A stretch of 64,000 nt of DNA, from contig JAVZCZ010000001.1 in assembly GCA_038874135.1 (NCBI GenBank), forward strand, positions 832,001 to 896,000, given 5' to 3'. A program made the position numbers and the translations under genes. Positions within the stretch are counted from its first letter, which is position 1, and each line of letters begins with the position of its first letter. This document shows positions 56,676 to 64,000 of this stretch, one piece after another. This DNA is from Candidatus Woesearchaeota archaeon. GTDB lineage: Archaea; Nanobdellota; Nanobdellia; Woesearchaeales; 0-14-0-80-44-23. The notes beneath the pieces were generated by a model. That model made no database searches. It saw only the letters and a list, made by a program, of their open reading frames with translations, and was not told the origin of the DNA.

Positions 56676-56936
56676 CTTCTTATAGATGGATTTTATCGAT
56701 GGATTTATGAAGTAGGATGCTACCTTAGCAACAACTGAAAGTGTATCCGCTCTGCAGAAGCACAACTCTCATGTGTTCCTGACTGCAGATGCTCTTTAAA
56801 AACTTGCGTTGGAACGACTTGCAGTGACGGGTGCTGGGGTAAATGCCAGGGCACTAAGTCCTGCACAGAACAACCTTACTGCAAGTATGTGCCTCCAGGA
56901 TGTGAGTGCGTGGGTGACAATCTGGTTGCCTGCTGA
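56676..56936 (+). pseudogene. Startless Cys-rich extracellular-type gene remnant
   Basis: In-frame TGA at 56736 then 65 codons with 13 Cys (CVPDCRC..TCVGTTCSDGCWGKCQGTKSC). Confidence 0.5.
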
Positions 56937-56956
56937 GAAGATCTTTTTGTCCTTCT

Positions 56957-58102
56957 TTATTTTTCCAAATTCTTTATTGCTTCTTTAATCATTTCTGGAG
57001 AGGCGTCAGTTCTCATGCCTTCGGGGTCAAAGTGCGTTTCCGATGCCTTAAAGCCAATCCTTCTAAGTTCTTCTATAATGGCAGATTTCTTAGGCGCTGC
57101 TGTCTTAAGCCTGCTGCACAGCTCGGGAATGCTGTAAAAGAATGGAACATTTATCTCAGCTTCCTTCTTAATTGTTTCAACAATTTCTAAACTCTTCAAA
57201 TTTTTCAACAATTCCCCATCCCAGATGGCTCCAACATAGAGGGGTCCTATAATTTTTAGTTCTGAGCCGCACTCGCACCTTTCCTTTGCAGAGTGCTGTT
57301 CTGAAACTTCTGTCTTTAAGCATTTTGGGCAGTGGAGCAGTATCTTATGCTCTCTTATGATGCTGTCCGCCTTCTTCTTTCCCTTCTCGCATCTTAGGAA
57401 TGCTCTGAAGTAGTGCAGGTTGTAGTATGAGAATATTGGAACCAGCGCCCTTCCATACTGGGCTGCTACTAGCTGCGCCTTTCTTATTAGGATTCTGAGC
57501 CCTGTCTCGTGCATGAATGCATTTCTCAGCGGAGTCGCCCAGTACTTTCTAAGGCAAGTCTTCTCGTATGTTCCAGAGAGGGGTGCTGTGTCTGTGGCAG
57601 TTATTGCAAGGATTCCCCCTCTTGAGATTCTCCTGACTGCAGAGTCTAAGAATGGGTTTGGGCTTCCAAATGGGTCTATGTCTATGTAGTCAAAGCCTGA
57701 GCTCTGGTTGAGCAGCATGTTCGCTTCAGAGTTTATAACAGCTACGCTTCCTTTCACCTCTTCGCTCCTCTTCCACTCTTTTAACTCATCATATTGTATG
57801 AGGTTGAGTTGCAGGTTCCTCTTTATGAGTTCAAAGGCATCTTCATCAGCATCGTTAGCATAGATTATCTTAAAAGTTTCAGCTGGAAGCTCCTTCACCA
57901 TTCTGATAGTTCTCACGCCAGAGGCTGCGAGCAGGTCGCAGGCAGTTATACTTCTAAGCTTTAGAGCTTTAAGAACTTCTATTGTGACATCCCGGTTAAG
58001 CTTCATCGCAGGGTTATAAAACACGCCCATCTGCTTTGAAACTATTTCTGCTCTGGGCGCATAGAATCTTGCGAGTCCCTCTTCTAAGAGCAATTGGTTC
58101 AT
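56957..58102 (-). CDS. trm1: tRNA (guanine(26)-N2)-dimethyltransferase
   Basis: VFYNPAMKLNRD, SGVR.IR, IDIDPFGSP, TATD, E.GLRIL, THF. Confidence 0.96.
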   Translation of the reverse strand: MNQLLLEEGLARFYAPRAEIVSKQMGVFYNPAMKLNRDVTIEVLKALKLRSITACDLLAASGVRTIRMVKELPAETFKIIYANDADEDAFELIKRNLQLNLIQYDELKEWKRSEEVKGSVAVINSEANMLLNQSSGFDYIDIDPFGSPNPFLDSAVRRISRGGILAITATDTAPLSGTYEKTCLRKYWATPLRNAFMHETGLRILIRKAQLVAAQYGRALVPIFSYYNLHYFRAFLRCEKGKKKADSIIREHKILLHCPKCLKTEVSEQHSAKERCECGSELKIIGPLYVGAIWDGELLKNLKSLEIVETIKKEAEINVPFFYSIPELCSRLKTAAPKKSAIIEELRRIGFKASETHFDPEGMRTDASPEMIKEAIKNLEK

Positions 58103-58145
58103 ATAGCGTTATATGCCCCGCCATTTAATAAAGGTTTGCAAGCAA

Positions 58146-59252
58146 TTATGGAAGCCAGCTCTTCTGGTTGGAGAGCTTCTCAGGAAGGTAGTCCGTAATT
58201 ACAAAGTTCAGACCGTGCTGTGCCAAGGCCTGCTGCTCTGCCCTCTTTTTCATATCTACCAGCTGTTTTAATGCCTTCTGCCACTCGGGATACGCCTTTA
58301 CAAATGGGTCGTTCTTGAATCCGTCTTTAACCCTTTTTATGTCTACTTCTTTCAACGGGTGTGTGGGCAGCTTGTATGTTATTATGTCCTGCGGGGTTAT
58401 TCCCCAAAACTTTGCCTGCGGAACGCAGAAGAACTTGTTTATGTGCGCAGCGTTTCCACTCCCAACCTTCAGGGTTCTGTATATGTTGAGGTATCCGTAC
58501 GGATCTCCATCAGTAAATACATAAACTGGGAGCTTCATCTCGTCTGAGAGCCTTCTTATGAACCTCCTGCACGCCCTAGTTGGCACTCCGCCCATTGAGA
58601 TCAGTATTGAGTTGGACTTTTTCCAGTAAGCGTGCTTTACAAGTCTCTGGTACATTCCAGCTGTTTCAATTGCAAGTATGAAGTCCGCCTTAGTTTCAAA
58701 TTTTAAATGTTCAACGCTGCTCGGTATTGAATACGCTCCTGTTCCCATCTTAGTGCAGTCAATCTTTATCTCCTTTCCAGTTTCTGGATCCACATCTATG
58801 ACTGTAAGCTTTCCGGCAACATCTCCTCCTTTCTCCTCCGGAATAAAGCCAAGCTGCTCCCTGTTAACCATAAACATTGCTTCAATGTCATCCATTATCA
58901 TGTCTGATTCCGGCTGCTCTGTAAATCTGGCTTCTCCCCAGTTCTTTGAAACATAGTACGCTTCCCTCTTAGTTGCTATGTCGTCCGTCTCAACAAGGTT
59001 TTTGGACAGGGCCAGCATTCTTAATGTTTGAGCAAATGTTTTTGAAGTGTTCACAGTAAGTGTTCTGGTCTTCTTCTGCTCTCCAATCTCGAAGTAACCA
59101 TCCTTAGGATTATAAGTTACATTTGAAAGTGCCCTCACAGGCATTGAAAGCTGGGGCTTATCCCTGCTTATTATCTTCCTATAAAGCTCTTCTGAAAGTG
59201 ACTTAATGCGTCTGAGCATCTCCTCATTCTTCATCGCTCTCACCCTCTTCAC
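58146..59252 (-). CDS. top6A: DNA topoisomerase VI subunit A
   Basis: TKREAYY catalytic Tyr, IET, GGVPTR, DGDPYG, AEQQAL. Confidence 0.96.
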   Translation of the reverse strand: MKRVRAMKNEEMLRRIKSLSEELYRKIISRDKPQLSMPVRALSNVTYNPKDGYFEIGEQKKTRTLTVNTSKTFAQTLRMLALSKNLVETDDIATKREAYYVSKNWGEARFTEQPESDMIMDDIEAMFMVNREQLGFIPEEKGGDVAGKLTVIDVDPETGKEIKIDCTKMGTGAYSIPSSVEHLKFETKADFILAIETAGMYQRLVKHAYWKKSNSILISMGGVPTRACRRFIRRLSDEMKLPVYVFTDGDPYGYLNIYRTLKVGSGNAAHINKFFCVPQAKFWGITPQDIITYKLPTHPLKEVDIKRVKDGFKNDPFVKAYPEWQKALKQLVDMKKRAEQQALAQHGLNFVITDYLPEKLSNQKSWLP

Positions 59253-61011
59253 GATCTTGAGATTCTTCTTCTACTCTGCTCTTCCTCTTACGGCTGGAAG
59301 GCATCTCCTCCTCATAATCCTCTGTTTCAAGTTCCTCCTCAACATTTCCAGCAATGCCGAGGCGTTCGCCTTCAATCTCCTCTTCTGATTCCTCATTTAA
59401 AGATTCTATGTGCCTGCTCTTTTCAAGTATCTCCTTAATTGCTTCCTCAAGTTCTTTTTCCTGCTGCTCTGTGAGTTCCAGTATCTCTTTTAGAGCAACT
59501 GCTATGTGCGGAAGATACTTCTCTATGTAGGATTTCTTTTTTAGCTCATCATGCACTCTATGCTTCTTTCCGATATACCTTGCTAGTTCCCTCCCGCACT
59601 CTTGAAGCGCAAGCTTCATCTCCCTTATGATTTCAGGATAGTGGGCTATTGCTTCTTTTGCTTCACTCGTGAAGGGAGCCCACACTGAAGCCAGGTGTAT
59701 TGCAATGACTAGCGGACCTATCGGCATAGCCCCCTGACTCTGGGAGAGGCCGTAAGAACGCCAGTTTGTACTAATAACAGCCTTTGTGGTTGCGCAGGCA
59801 CCCTGCTGGTACAGAAGTGGAACCCTGTTAGCAAACCTCAAAAGTGTAACTGGCTTTTCAGCTGGGAGCTGGCCTCCATAGGCGAAGGCGCATTCTATGA
59901 TGAAGGGGTTTCCCCTGTAAACTGAGGGCGGCCTAGCTGTTGAGGTGTAAAACTCTGCATTTATCTCCTTTCTGAGGCCATTTTCAAGGTTCTTTGCTCC
60001 TATTGGTGAGAGGCAGTCAGTTGGCGGGCTCATTATCTTAGTGTTTCTTATTGCATTGAGCAGCTTTTCTGCAGCATTTCTGTCAAGAGAGGATGGCTTC
60101 ATGCTCGGAAGCAGTGCCGCCCTTTCGCATATCTCTTTTGCAGTGGACGCTCCAACCCTGGAAAATTCGTTTGTTAAGAAGCTCTGAAGGGTTCTCTCTT
60201 CAGCATTTTTGAGCATCTTCATAAGGTAGCCGAGCTCAACTCCATATGGGTGAGGCTTTATCTCCTTAGCCGGTGTTGGAAGCTCGTTTACCACGCGTGC
60301 GAAAACAAACTGTTCTGCCTTGGGATTTGTATATATTATCGTGGCGTGAGGGTTTATTATTGCCGTCTGTTTCAGGTATTCATCCACGGACTGGTCTCCC
60401 TTTTGGTAGGATGCCTCAAGGTCAATCTCAACCCTGGTGCCGTGTTCAAACTCGCAATCTTCACGCTCTTCCTCTTTTAAAATTTCAGGCGAGTTAGTGC
60501 TGGTGTTTATGTGCAGTTCGTAATAATATGCTGGCTTTGAAGCTGATATTCTTGAAAGTATCCTGGCAGGCTTTCCAGTTGTGAGTTGACCGTAAAGCAC
60601 CGCTGCTGATATTCCTATTCCCTGCTGGCCCCTTGCTTGTTTTAGAGTGTGAAACTTGCTTCCGTAGAGCAGTTTAGCGAATATGTTTGGAATCTGTTGC
60701 TTTACTATGCCGGGACCATTGTCAGTTACGCTGATTCTAAAGCGCTCTTCTCCCATCTCTATTACTTCAACTTTCACTTCAGGTAGTATTCCTGCTTCCT
60801 CGCACGCATCCAGGGAGTTATCTACAGCCTCTTTTATGGCTGTAAGGAGTGCCTTCTTCTTGTTATCAAACCCGAGAAGGTGCCTGTTCTTTTCAAAGAA
60901 TTCCGCTATTGAGATTTCACGCTGCTTCTTAGCAAGCTCGTATGCAATAATGTCCTCTTCAGCGTTTTCGCTCGCATTTTTTAATTCCTGTTTTGGCATA
61001 TTTATCACCAA
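59224..61011 (-). CDS. top6B: DNA topoisomerase VI subunit B
   Basis: EAVDNSLDA, DNGPG, RGQQGIGISA, RFANRVPL. Confidence 0.97.
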   Translation of the reverse strand: MVINMPKQELKNASENAEEDIIAYELAKKQREISIAEFFEKNRHLLGFDNKKKALLTAIKEAVDNSLDACEEAGILPEVKVEVIEMGEERFRISVTDNGPGIVKQQIPNIFAKLLYGSKFHTLKQARGQQGIGISAAVLYGQLTTGKPARILSRISASKPAYYYELHINTSTNSPEILKEEEREDCEFEHGTRVEIDLEASYQKGDQSVDEYLKQTAIINPHATIIYTNPKAEQFVFARVVNELPTPAKEIKPHPYGVELGYLMKMLKNAEERTLQSFLTNEFSRVGASTAKEICERAALLPSMKPSSLDRNAAEKLLNAIRNTKIMSPPTDCLSPIGAKNLENGLRKEINAEFYTSTARPPSVYRGNPFIIECAFAYGGQLPAEKPVTLLRFANRVPLLYQQGACATTKAVISTNWRSYGLSQSQGAMPIGPLVIAIHLASVWAPFTSEAKEAIAHYPEIIREMKLALQECGRELARYIGKKHRVHDELKKKSYIEKYLPHIAVALKEILELTEQQEKELEEAIKEILEKSRHIESLNEESEEEIEGERLGIAGNVEEELETEDYEEEMPSSRKRKSRVEEESQDREEGESDEE

Positions 61012-61026
61012 GATTATGAACTGGTT

Positions 61027-61686
61027 CTAAAAGTCATCACTCAAATCTTCCTGAAAATCGTTTTCTCCCACGCCGAACTGCTTTCTTATCTCCTCAGCAC
61101 GGGAGATCTTCCTCTGTTTTTCCAGCCAACTGTAAACCGTGCTGTGGTTGCTTCCCAGCAGCAGGGATTCTATGGCTCTCTTAGCCGTTGCTACATCGGA
61201 TGATTCTCCTATTATTGATATGGTCTTTCCATAAACGCTTATTGAAGTGTCTGTGAGCTGCTCAATGGTCTTTCGCGCCTTTCCTCCCGCTCCGATGACA
61301 CGCCCCTTCATCCTGTTTATCTGGCTGGCTGAGGAAGCTGCTCTTCTCAACTCAATCACTTCCAGCACATAATCTGGCTTCAGAAGTTCTAAGGCTATTT
61401 TTGGATTGAATCCCCTGCCCACTGCCTTTACAATCTCTTTTGCAGTGTAGAGCTTAACTGAGTCCTCACTTGAAATTTCAACCTCGCCGTCCCTTGAGTT
61501 TATGTTAAAGGAGCAGCCCGTCTCTTCTTCCAGCTGCTTCTTGGTAGAGCCTTCTTTTCCTATCAAAATTGGAATCCTCTCTAAAGGTATCTTCATTGAG
61601 TAGAAGAATTTCTCTTCATCTCGCTCCTTCTCTTTCTCAGTTCCGGCTTCTTCTGTATGGCTCATAACACTTGTTCGGATTTGCAA
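61027..61686 (-). CDS. KH-domain rRNA-processing protein (Dim2/Pno1-like)
   Basis: LIGKEG, AVGRGF, GRVIGAGGK, SVYGKT. Confidence 0.92.
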   Translation of the reverse strand: MQIRTSVMSHTEEAGTEKEKERDEEKFFYSMKIPLERIPILIGKEGSTKKQLEEETGCSFNINSRDGEVEISSEDSVKLYTAKEIVKAVGRGFNPKIALELLKPDYVLEVIELRRAASSASQINRMKGRVIGAGGKARKTIEQLTDTSISVYGKTISIIGESSDVATAKRAIESLLLGSNHSTVYSWLEKQRKISRAEEIRKQFGVGENDFQEDLSDDF

Positions 61687-61715
61687 CTTGCTTTTAAAGT
61701 TTCCTATTTGATTTT

Positions 61716-62069
61716 TTATTCAGATCCTCTTTTAGGCGTGCCCTGCTGAAATGCTTGAACTTTTTTTATTCTTTCCTTCTCAGCCTGTTTTAGATTCTGC
61801 ACGAAGTACTCTAAACAGTCAATACCGCAGAAGTGCGCTCTCTTTTTAAGATCGGGCGGCCCGAATATCAGGGTGTAGCTTCTGGAAGTGAGCAGGTTTA
61901 TCGCATTCCCGCAGGTTGCGCACACTTTTATGTTTTCGCTTTCAATATCTTTTATCTTTTTCTCCACAAGCTTTTTTAAGTGTATTCCTCCCTGCTCTAA
62001 ATCTGCCTTCATCTTGTACAGGTCTTCATAATTTACTTCTTCTATGAGCTCTCTTAGTTTCTTCTGCAT
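61716..62069 (-). CDS. Hypothetical protein with TRASH-like zinc finger
   Basis: CATC...FCGIDCL. Confidence 0.7.
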   Translation of the reverse strand: MQKKLRELIEEVNYEDLYKMKADLEQGGIHLKKLVEKKIKDIESENIKVCATCGNAINLLTSRSYTLIFGPPDLKKRAHFCGIDCLEYFVQNLKQAEKERIKKVQAFQQGTPKRGSE

Positions 62070-62289
62070 TTTTGTTCAGCTCCCCATCTGCCTCTTTTTT
62101 TATAGAAGCCCTTGCAGCTTCTTTTCTCTCTTCAAAGCGTATGAACCACCTGCCGCTCTCCTTCTCCATCTCAAAAACTACATTGTACTTCTTATCGGGA
62201 TCAAGTCCGAAGAGGAGTGGCATCGGTATTGTCGTTTCAAAACTGCTTCCCCTCCTGTAAAGTTTGCGTTTCAGCGGCAGCATATCCAT
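62026..62289 (-). CDS. AbrB/SpoVT-like small DNA-binding protein
   Basis: RKLYRRGSSFETTIP swapped-hairpin signature. Confidence 0.65.
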   Translation of the reverse strand: MDMLPLKRKLYRRGSSFETTIPMPLLFGLDPDKKYNVVFEMEKESGRWFIRFEERKEAARASIKKEADGELNKNAEETKRAHRRSKL

Positions 62290-62414
62290 CCCGAAAAATA
62301 AAAATACTTATTTTTTTATTATTTTTTTTATTATAATAAAAATTATTTTTATTACTTAAAAATATACTTATATAAAAATTTTGTGGTGTTTCAGCTTTTC
62401 TTGCCAATTCTCAT

Positions 62415-63239
62415 TTAGAAATTAGATGTTCTCAGAAGTTTTAGTCCGTGCTTGTAACAGAAATCTTCAGCCAACCTTGAAACTCTTTCCTTCTCGCTTC
62501 CCAAGCCCTTCCAGTCCAATATTATTGCTTCCGGCTTGGGAACTGATTTCTTAAAAGCCTCTTCTAACATCTCATAGTCTAAATGATTTAGCATATACTT
62601 TGGGCAGGCGTGAGATATGCCGTAGTCTGAGTTAAGAATTATCTTCTTAAAATTGGTGAGCGTGTGCAGTCCACCTATTCCTATGGCTGCTCTGCAGCTC
62701 GGAACATTCTCCCTTATTATGTGAGAGACTGTTTTAGCAATCACGCCGCCAGCTTCTTCATCCTGCCACCTTTTTTCATCAGAGCCGATTTCAATAAAGA
62801 AGTGCGGCTTTTCAACAAGTGGTCCATGGTGAGTACACTCCTGAACTATGTCATATTCGGGATTTTGGTTTAAGCTGTTTATCAATTGCAGGGCTCTTTT
62901 TAGGTAGGCAGCATTTGCTACTGACAACCTTCTGGAAGCGCCTCCAAGCTCGGCAACTCCCCAGTTTCCTGTTGCATGCACGCTCAGGCTTGGAATTCCT
63001 GAGCTACTCTTATGTTTGCTCATAAATATGAAGAAATCAGCTTTGATTTCCTCGCAGATTTGCTCCCTTCTCACCATCTCTGAGTTTAGAGTGTATACCT
63101 CAGCTTCTGCTCCTTTAAGCTTAAAATATGGGTTTCCATCAAAAGTGCCGCGCTCCTCAAATTTTTCTAACTCCAGAAGCCTGTTTCTTATGTTAATTCC
63201 GGCAGCATCCAATTCTGAGCAAACCAGTGCAAAGCGCAT
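62415..63239 (-). CDS. dtdA: Archaeal D-aminoacyl-tRNA deacylase
   Basis: SKH.S, SVHATGN, ECTHHGP, FIEIGS, GIGGLH, DWK. Confidence 0.93.
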   Translation of the reverse strand: MRFALVCSELDAAGINIRNRLLELEKFEERGTFDGNPYFKLKGAEAEVYTLNSEMVRREQICEEIKADFFIFMSKHKSSSGIPSLSVHATGNWGVAELGGASRRLSVANAAYLKRALQLINSLNQNPEYDIVQECTHHGPLVEKPHFFIEIGSDEKRWQDEEAGGVIAKTVSHIIRENVPSCRAAIGIGGLHTLTNFKKIILNSDYGISHACPKYMLNHLDYEMLEEAFKKSVPKPEAIILDWKGLGSEKERVSRLAEDFCYKHGLKLLRTSNF

Positions 63240-63301
63240 TATCAGAGAAGTTAAATAAGTGTAGTTAAAAACTTTTTCTAACTATTAGAAAACTATGTGA
63301 A

Positions 63302-63433
63302 TTATTCTATAACAGCCCCGCACTTCTTACAGTATATCTCCTTATCTTTTCTTACCAGCTCAGTACTTCCACATTCCGGACACTTCAAAACAGCTTCTCC
63401 GCTTACCCTCTGAAAAGACTGCTCATTAGACAT
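63302..63433 (-). CDS. Stand-alone TFIIB-type zinc ribbon (43 aa), not in ORF track
   Basis: MSNEQSFQRVSGEAVLKCPECGSTELVRKDKEIYCKKCGAVIE; TTTATAAA TATA upstream. Confidence 0.75.
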   Translation of the reverse strand: MSNEQSFQRVSGEAVLKCPECGSTELVRKDKEIYCKKCGAVIE

Positions 63434-63480
63434 GCTAACTTCAAAAACAAAGGGATTTATAAAACTTTGGAAAATCCTAA

Positions 63481-63840
63481 TTAGAGAGGTCTGCCATTTC
63501 TGAGCTGATTCTCTTCTTTCTCAATAATACTCATATTTGCTTCAGCCAGCTGAATGAGATTTTGATAGACAAATGGAACTGGCCAGTATGCGGCATAGAG
63601 CACTGCTTTTGTTCCTAGAAGAAGTGCTCCCCATCCAGTTGCGCTTGCCAAATGGCTGAATCCCTTTACAAATGAGCTCTGATTAAGGTCGGGGTTTTGG
63701 TAGTAGGCGCTTATCTCATTCATAGCAGCTTCCAGGTTACTCTTAAAGTTTTTATCTATTCTCAGAATTCCAAGTGTCAAAATCTCAGCAGTTTCCATTA
63801 CCGAATGTTCTAAATCCTTATGCTCGTTTCCCCACTTCAT
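63481..63840 (-). CDS. Hypothetical protein with one hydrophobic segment
   Basis: 119-aa ORF, GGTGAGG RBS, TATA upstream. Confidence 0.55.
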   Translation of the reverse strand: MKWGNEHKDLEHSVMETAEILTLGILRIDKNFKSNLEAAMNEISAYYQNPDLNQSSFVKGFSHLASATGWGALLLGTKAVLYAAYWPVPFVYQNLIQLAEANMSIIEKEENQLRNGRPL

Positions 63841-64000
63841 AAAACCTCACCAGATATAATTACTTAAAAGTAATAACTACTATTTAAATGTTTGCTATCT
63901 ATCAAAAATAATGTTTAAATATAACCGTTTAAGCACATTTAAGCGAATAGAAGGTAGATCGCAAAGTGCAGCAGGAACAAGAAGACAAAAACTTGTCTGA

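Overview
Archaeal chromosome segment, most consistent with a DPANN (Woesearchaeota/Pacearchaeota-like) genome. Housekeeping genes include tfb, ahcY, cmk, secD/secF, slyD, family-B DNA polymerase, trxB, EF-1beta, trm1, top6A/top6B, a KH rRNA-processing protein and an archaeal D-aminoacyl-tRNA deacylase. There are two intron-containing tRNAs: Ser-GGA with a T-loop intron, and Trp-CCA with a miniature C/D-box guide intron. The most striking structure is a 13,336-bp AT-rich element (12837-26172) bounded by perfect 12-bp terminal inverted repeats (GGTTCTGTTAAC, IS6-family-like) and an 8-bp target-site duplication (AAAGTGAA), with no recognisable transposase. It carries a type II R-M system with a small RHH-like regulator, a type I R-M system interleaved with a transglutaminase-like gene and two wHTH-nucleotidyltransferase/HEPN-like pairs, remnants of two older R-M genes, two attC-like sites, and a DUF5320/DUF134/NifX-like unit. 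A second notable locus (36801-36927) has two tandem ORB-like boxes inside an 11-bp-phased TGAGAC array, next to a coiled-coil/wHTH gene and with no cdc6 in the window. Also present: a lipoate-assembly operon led by a thioredoxin-DsbD-like membrane protein, a paralogous pair of secreted proteins, a strongly structured tfb leader and several small ORFs missed by the ORF track. All calls come from motif reading by eye; no searches were run.
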